Of a DNA stretch of 64,000 nt, positions 58,977-64,000 are shown one piece after another. The stretch is from the IMG/VR virus record IMGVR_UViG_3300017963_000257, positions 1 to 64,000 of that record. One strand, written 5' to 3'. This DNA is from a virus. The first letter of the stretch is position 1. Each line of letters opens with the position of its first letter. Below the pieces are notes generated by a model. It saw nothing but the letters and a program-made list of their open reading frames with translations, was not told where the DNA came from and made no database searches. The position numbers and the translations under genes are program-made.

Positions 58977-59561
58977 ATGATCCTGTCCCTTGACATCGCC
59001 TTCAACAACATCGGTTGGTCGATTTTCCATGATAAGCAAGTGGTGGACCTGGGGGTGATAAGCGCTCCGAAGTCGGGCCGGAAGATCGTATCGGTCGCGG
59101 ATGAACGCGCTGATCGGTGTGCGGCCATGACCGGTATGCTGATGGACTTAATTTTTCAGTATAAAGTTCCGGCGATCATCGGGGAGCTTTCGGCGGCATC
59201 CCAGAACGCAGCGGCTGCGAACATGCTGGGCTGGGCCAATGGGCTCGTGGTTGCCACATGCAGGATCTTGGAATTGCCGGCCGAATGGGTAACTCAACAT
59301 CAGGTGAAGATTGCAACGGTAGGCAGGAAGAACGCAACGAAAGATGAGATTATGGATCGAGTGGCAGGTTATTATGGATGGGAACGGACGGAAAAGGCCG
59401 TCAATATAACGAAGGGAAAGAGGACAGGAAAAACAACGATGAAAGTAACTTATCACGTTTTAGGGAGGAAATACCCGAAGGGCACCTTTGAGGACATTGC
59501 GGATTCAATAGGTGTTTATTGGGCGTCGAAGGATAGGAATTTGGTAAGACTTTATGGTTAG
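58977..59561 (+). CDS. RuvC-like Holliday junction resolvase
   Basis: ILSLDIA, IIGE, VKIATVG..ATKDEI and DIADS. Confidence 0.75.
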   Translation: MILSLDIAFNNIGWSIFHDKQVVDLGVISAPKSGRKIVSVADERADRCAAMTGMLMDLIFQYKVPAIIGELSAASQNAAAANMLGWANGLVVATCRILELPAEWVTQHQVKIATVGRKNATKDEIMDRVAGYYGWERTEKAVNITKGKRTGKTTMKVTYHVLGRKYPKGTFEDIADSIGVYWASKDRNLVRLYG

Positions 59562-59739
59562 GAGAATACATGGAAAGAAAAACTTTTTGTCCAAACGATG
59601 GATTCGGAGTTAGCGTGGATGAAGCCAGCTATTGATGACTTAGGCATTAAATGCGAATGCCCTGGTTGCCATAGGCTAATTTCAATAACCGCATGCCCAA
59701 TTTGTGGGCAAAAAATAACCCCGCGGAAAGGAGACAAGG

Positions 59740-60429
59740 ATGGTAAGTAGCATCGCAGGAGATTTTTATCGGTTGGAAATTCGTTTTGCTGAAGACTTTT
59801 TGGGGACGGTCCCAAAGAGCAAGGAGGTCTATAAGAAATACATTGCCAGCAAGAAGCCGGACCTCACCGACGATGAGCTTGATGAAGAAGTGAACAGCGT
59901 TCAGGACACAGAAGAAAAGGGGTGGACAGGGTTTCACAAGGATGATAATGGCCTGTTTATCTTTGATTACATGCTAAAGGGATTCATTAAGGCATCCTTC
60001 GAAGTATGCCAGGAGATTGGCGCCATCGATAAGGTGAAGGCATACAGGAAATGGATCGACGAGCTGATCTTCATATGGCCGCGGAAAATCTATTGTGGGC
60101 AGTCTGATCCCGATAGCACCCTTGAGAGACCGTTGAGGGTTATGACAATGCAGGGACCTCGGGTTACGTTAAGCCGTTCAGACACGATGGCCGAGGGGAC
60201 CCGACTCAGGTTTCTCGTTGAGGTGTTGGGGAAAAAGATCAAGTGGGAATCGATTGAGCAGGTGTTCGACTATGGTAGGTATGTGGGGCTGGGACAATGG
60301 CGTGGGAGTGGTGGATTTGGTCGGTTCGAGCTTGAGGATGTAACCCCAATAAACAAAGAATTGGGCATCAAAGCCAAAGCGATGGCAAAGCAAAGCGACG
60401 AACAGTTTTGGCAGTGTTTGGAGCAGTGA
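59740..60429 (+). CDS. Solitary Cas7/RAMP-like protein (Vipr-like)
   Basis: beta1 YRLEIRFAEDFLG, IFDYMLKGFIK (RAMP ..LKG.. helix), thumb ERPLR..GPRVTL, G-rich loop GLGQWRGSGGFGRF; AAGGAG RBS. Confidence 0.75.
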   Translation: MVSSIAGDFYRLEIRFAEDFLGTVPKSKEVYKKYIASKKPDLTDDELDEEVNSVQDTEEKGWTGFHKDDNGLFIFDYMLKGFIKASFEVCQEIGAIDKVKAYRKWIDELIFIWPRKIYCGQSDPDSTLERPLRVMTMQGPRVTLSRSDTMAEGTRLRFLVEVLGKKIKWESIEQVFDYGRYVGLGQWRGSGGFGRFELEDVTPINKELGIKAKAMAKQSDEQFWQCLEQ

Positions 60430-60797
60430 TGGCAGTGTTTAGCGCCGTTCTGTGGTGGTATTGTTAAGCACAGTGAAGTAGCGGCATGGTTTGGCAGGTC
60501 CCGGCATGGGCACAGTGTAGCATGGTAAGGTTTCGGCAGGGTAGAACCTCGTACCGCGTCGGCAATGTTCCGTGAGGTGGCGTGATGGTGTGGTGAAGCG
60601 CGATAGAGTAACGTGGCGGCATAGTCTCGTTAAGTGCAGTGTCGGCAAAGCAAAGCGGGGTAGCCAAGAGCAATGGTAAAGCACGCTTATCGCATGGTGA
60701 GGTATTGTATCGGCATGGCACAGCATGGTAGGGTCGGTAATGGTAGAGTAAGGCACCGTGTCGTGATGCAGCGGCGCAGCTCAGCGGAGTTGAGCGG
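60383..60797 (+). ncRNA. Pentameric NGY-NN repeat array (candidate guide-RNA array)
   Basis: 80 pentamers in 16 units, 73 with NGY by hand count; units begin YGGYR. Confidence 0.75.
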
Positions 60798-61716
60798 AGG
60801 CAGCTTCCCAGGCTTTATACACCCTATCCCTGATCATCTTGGGGGTCGGGTGGAGATACCGTTCGCGGATTGTCTCCACCTTGTCCCCCAAGAGAAAGGC
60901 GATGTCCTCAATCCTCATGTTTCCAGTGTAGAACAGGTAGGTGGCCGTGTAATGGCGAAACGTATGAGGTCCTCTACCATCCTTCCCGTTCTTCAGGCCC
61001 AGGTCTTGCAACATCCGTGTGATTTCAGATTTGATCTTGTCGACATTTGGGAAAAGACAGCTTGTTTTATTGTTAATCACACAATGTGTCTTTTTGTATT
61101 CCGCATTTGCCAAAAGTTCGGCCAACAAAACAGCTGTTTTCCTTGAGAAAACAACAGGCCGGGGCTCAGTCTTCCCCTGGATGAAAACACACATTTCGTA
61201 AAGGTGAATATCTTCCATCCTGATCCCCGCTATCTCTCCAACCCTGGCGCCGGTTTCTACCAGTAGGCGCACGACCACTTGAAATTCTAGGGCGCGAGTG
61301 CTTGCAGTCAGGACATTCCCATTGTTAAACCGATATGCAAGACATTTCTCAATGTCTTCCTCTGTGAACCAGCGGTCCAGATGCTTCCTTTTGTTTTCCT
61401 GCCGGTCTTTGTTGGGAATCCGGTAGGTGAACTCCGTTGGATACCCCGCCCACTTCAGGAAAATCTTGGTGCAGTTTAAATACTGCTGTACGGATTTTCC
61501 AGACAGACCTTTGGATTCAAGATATGTTGCGAAGTCGCCAAGGTTGCTTGATACAACCTCAAATTTCTCATGACATATGGCGGCTGGACAGCCCAGCGCC
61601 GGAGATTCTTTCATGAAATTCTCAAGGTGTCCAAGCACATACCCATATAGTTCCCGCGTAGACTTCGCAAGGCCTTTGACTTCAGGTGATTCAAGGTATT
61701 TCTGAATTATGTTCAT
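60781..61716 (-). CDS. Second tyrosine recombinase (XerC/D-like)
   Basis: TGARVGEI, GPHTFRH and LLGD..RY. Confidence 0.85.
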   Translation of the reverse strand: MNIIQKYLESPEVKGLAKSTRELYGYVLGHLENFMKESPALGCPAAICHEKFEVVSSNLGDFATYLESKGLSGKSVQQYLNCTKIFLKWAGYPTEFTYRIPNKDRQENKRKHLDRWFTEEDIEKCLAYRFNNGNVLTASTRALEFQVVVRLLVETGARVGEIAGIRMEDIHLYEMCVFIQGKTEPRPVVFSRKTAVLLAELLANAEYKKTHCVINNKTSCLFPNVDKIKSEITRMLQDLGLKNGKDGRGPHTFRHYTATYLFYTGNMRIEDIAFLLGDKVETIRERYLHPTPKMIRDRVYKAWEAASAQLR

Positions 61717-62528
61717 GGAACTCTCCTTTTCAATTCCTCGATCTGTTTCTGCTGGGCCTGTATGGCGCCGATCGCCATAGTCAATAACTCGTAGATATCC
61801 ACACGCTTTCCGTCATTGGATAGCACCCACGTTGGCATATCCTCTGCGAGAAAACCCAGCCTCGTGGTACCGTCGCCACCAAATTCTTCTTTGTATTGAT
61901 ACAGGGAAGGAATCATCTTCATGATCATTTCCAACATGACAGGGTTGGCGGATTCATCCAGTTTCTGAATATTCTTTTTGTACTCGCTCGAAGAAGCGTT
62001 TACGAAACTGGTTGCGCCTACCTTCCCGTTGACGTGGAGCTTGTAGTCTGGAAAGCTCTCGCCTATACCGACATTGCCTTGGGTGTCAATTCTGAGGTAT
62101 TCAGTCCCGGGGAGATATCCACCCATGAGGTAAGAAATTGAGAAGTCGTACAGCCCATATGGCTGACCCACAAGCCATGCCTCAGTGCCTTGTTTAATCA
62201 GAAGTCGAGCGCCGTTGATATTCGAGATATTGGTGAATGATGCCATAATGCCGTCTATGGAATCCGGCTTTTCGACCTCTAAGTTGTTAACCGGGTTTTC
62301 AATGGTGCCCATAGGCCCCTGCGGTCCTTCCGGCCCTTCCTCCCCCTGCTCACCTTGTGGCCCCTCTGGCCCTTGGGGGCCTATCAACGTAGCCGTTGTC
62401 TGTGTCGTACCATCTGGGAACTCTATCCCCTGCGGCGTGAGCTTGGTGCTGCCGGCGAAAGCGGTTCCGTGTAACAGTACGATCCATACCACAAAAAATA
62501 ATTGGAAAAGATGGTTTTTCATGGTCAA
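61713..62528 (-). CDS. Exported collagen-repeat fibre with S74 chaperone
   Basis: Signal peptide ..LLHGTAFA; (GxY)n; GNVGIG; SSSEYKKNI..GFLAED. Confidence 0.8.
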   Translation of the reverse strand: MTMKNHLFQLFFVVWIVLLHGTAFAGSTKLTPQGIEFPDGTTQTTATLIGPQGPEGPQGEQGEEGPEGPQGPMGTIENPVNNLEVEKPDSIDGIMASFTNISNINGARLLIKQGTEAWLVGQPYGLYDFSISYLMGGYLPGTEYLRIDTQGNVGIGESFPDYKLHVNGKVGATSFVNASSSEYKKNIQKLDESANPVMLEMIMKMIPSLYQYKEEFGGDGTTRLGFLAEDMPTWVLSNDGKRVDIYELLTMAIGAIQAQQKQIEELKRRVP

Positions 62529-62534
62529 TCTCCT

Positions 62535-62807
62535 TTAAACAACTTCAAACAAGTGGAATATAAGGGTTTCATCCCTCATCTGAAAACTTCCGATGTATTC
62601 GAGTTTACTCGTAAAGCTTTCGATAATCGGATGGCCCGTTCCAGCTAATCTAAAAGCCCTCTTTTCAGGTGGCTCGATATCATCCACCAGACACCACAAT
62701 TGAGGGTTCCCGCGCTGTGTTTGCACGGTCAGACTTTTAGCACCCTTCGGAAGTTCAAGATAAAACTTGTCTATAATCGGAAAATCATACTTAAATACCC
62801 TAATCAT
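62535..62807 (-). CDS. Phage hypothetical protein
   Basis: LPKGAK..LWCLVD..GTGH..FHLFE. Confidence 0.65.
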   Translation of the reverse strand: MIRVFKYDFPIIDKFYLELPKGAKSLTVQTQRGNPQLWCLVDDIEPPEKRAFRLAGTGHPIIESFTSKLEYIGSFQMRDETLIFHLFEVV

Positions 62808-62836
62808 ATCCTTCTCCTTTTCATGATTTTTTGTGG

Positions 62837-62977
62837 TTATATTCCCGGTGATCCTGGCTCTGGCATATGGGGTCCGGGCGGTTCAGGGTTTGGTGGACTT
62901 GGACTCGGTGGACTTGGGTCCGGCGCACTCACCACAACCATCAGGAATGTTGCCAGAATAATTAAAAGTTTTTTCAT
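62837..62977 (-). CDS. 46-aa Pro-rich exported peptide
   Basis: MKKLLIILATFLMVVVSA-PDPSPPSPSPPNPEPP; GGAGG RBS; below the ORF track size cutoff. Confidence 0.5.
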   Translation of the reverse strand: MKKLLIILATFLMVVVSAPDPSPPSPSPPNPEPPGPHMPEPGSPGI

Positions 62978-63239
62978 AGTAGTAGCCTCCTTATGGCTGG
63001 GGGGTGTTAAATTCTGCGAACCCTCCCGTTTTTGATTCGGACCCTAAAAACAGATGTTTCATAACTAATGTTTCCAGCAGCATCGCTGTATGTTGTGTGA
63101 TCGAGTTTCATGTCGGTTCTATGCGGCTGAATGAGGGCCGTCCCATCGGCCTGAGTTGATGCTACATATACTCCATCGGGTAGCGTCACCTCTCCTAAAA
63201 AATTTTTATGTCCTCGGTATTTCATTTTATCTCCTCCTT

Positions 63240-63710
63240 TCAGTGGAGAACGTTTTTTCTCCCCACATTTTTCGGTACATGCTGGTCATACAATATCTTC
63301 TGCCTTTTCCTCTCGCCCATCCCCGGGAACAGGCATTGCGGATCTATCCCGAAAGCAACGAGCAGGTTTGCCACTTTCAGTTGACACTCCAGACATAGTC
63401 GTGTGGAATCCGGATAATCGAACGGTACCTCATTCCCGTCGATATCAGCATCGCAGAAGTAGCAGCCCTTCGGCTGGGCGTTCCGGTACATCCGGTCGAT
63501 CACTTCGAAGAACGGCGCCTCATCGTACCCGACCTCACCCTCCAGGCCCCGATGAACCTCCCTGACGAAAAGATCCGTGGCGTACTTTGCTATGGCATCC
63601 CGCTCTTCCTTCGTCAGCTTGGCCATGGCATTTACAGCAATCGTGACGTATGCCGGGGTGAGTTCAACGACCTTTGATTTTTGTCCCATAGGATGACCTT
63701 CCTTTCTCAT
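63240..63710 (-). CDS. Zn-binding hypothetical protein
   Basis: CYFC..CLEC. Confidence 0.55.
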   Translation of the reverse strand: MRKEGHPMGQKSKVVELTPAYVTIAVNAMAKLTKEERDAIAKYATDLFVREVHRGLEGEVGYDEAPFFEVIDRMYRNAQPKGCYFCDADIDGNEVPFDYPDSTRLCLECQLKVANLLVAFGIDPQCLFPGMGERKRQKILYDQHVPKNVGRKNVLH

Positions 63711-64000
63711 AATCCTAACATATCTAAAGTGTCTGGATTCGCAATCTTGGGGTTTTTGAAATTGAGCAGGTGGTTAAATTCATGGCCGAGGATGGCTTGA
63801 TTCACAACAATCTTGCCACCCACCCGTTTTCCAAAAATGTGTATCTCATTGTTGGTGTTGGCATAGCCAGCAATAGGGGAACCGTAAGCTGCGGCCTTCT
63901 CCCAGTTAAAGTGCTTTCGGTCTCCAACGATAAAGACCTTAACCTTCTCCAACTCGACAACCTCATATACGTCAGGCGTAGTCTCGATGGAGGCGAACCC
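63707..64000 (-). CDS. HExxH metallopeptidase-like protein (5' end probably beyond window)
   Basis: ILGHEFNH. Confidence 0.45.
   Translation of the reverse strand, partial: GFASIETTPDVYEVVELEKVKVFIVGDRKHFNWEKAAAYGSPIAGYANTNNEIHIFGKRVGGKIVVNQAILGHEFNHLLNFKNPKIANPDTLDMLGL

Larger units (their letters stand above)
1..64000. mobile_element. Temperate tailed phage (siphovirus-like), likely excised/attP form; genome continues beyond window
   Basis: TerL, portal, MCP, tail tube, tape measure, cI/cro, integrase with attP core; no tail sheath and no host housekeeping genes. Confidence 0.95.

Noticed and set aside
60439-60756. Minus-strand ORFs 60439-60756 and 60464-60721, and + ORF 60673-61146
   Set aside because: Odd Cys/His/Arg/Pro composition; most likely shadows of the pentamer array or the recombinase gene
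60383-60797. Canonical CRISPR array next to the Cas7-like gene
   Set aside because: No identical 23-47 nt repeats separated by unique spacers; conservation is at 5-nt period
62310-62385. 9-nt periodic repeat
   Set aside because: Explained by collagen Gly-X-Y coding
1-64000. Stop-codon recoding or introns in core genes
   Set aside because: Core genes are full length in code 11 and all three stop codons are used

Overview
Most of a temperate, siphovirus-like tailed-phage genome in standard genetic code, apparently in its excised (attP) form; the host cannot be determined from this window. Left to right: promoter and small early or membrane genes; an intergenic iteron array (2.2 kb); TerS/TerL; portal; protease-scaffold; decoration protein; lambda-E-like major capsid protein; head-associated proteins with signal peptides; neck genes interrupted by a ~14 kb island of glycosyltransferases, methyltransferases and radical SAM enzymes; tail tube; frameshifted tail chaperone; tape measure; tail tip; S74 fibre; a lysis-position cluster with a phospholipase A2-like gene and no recognisable endolysin; a leftward RecT/exonuclease/KTSC operon; cI/cro switch; integrase with a tRNA-Val(CAC) 3'-fragment attP; HNH; radical SAM; O-like initiator with iterons; RuvC. 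The standout feature is a solitary Cas7/RAMP-like gene (59740-60429) followed by a ~415-nt array that is not a CRISPR. It consists of NGY-NN pentamers (73 of 80 conform by hand count) grouped into ~26/31-nt units starting with YGGYR, and is a candidate RNA-guided system with a non-contiguous guide code (VIPR-like). All family calls come from motif recognition by eye, not from database searches.
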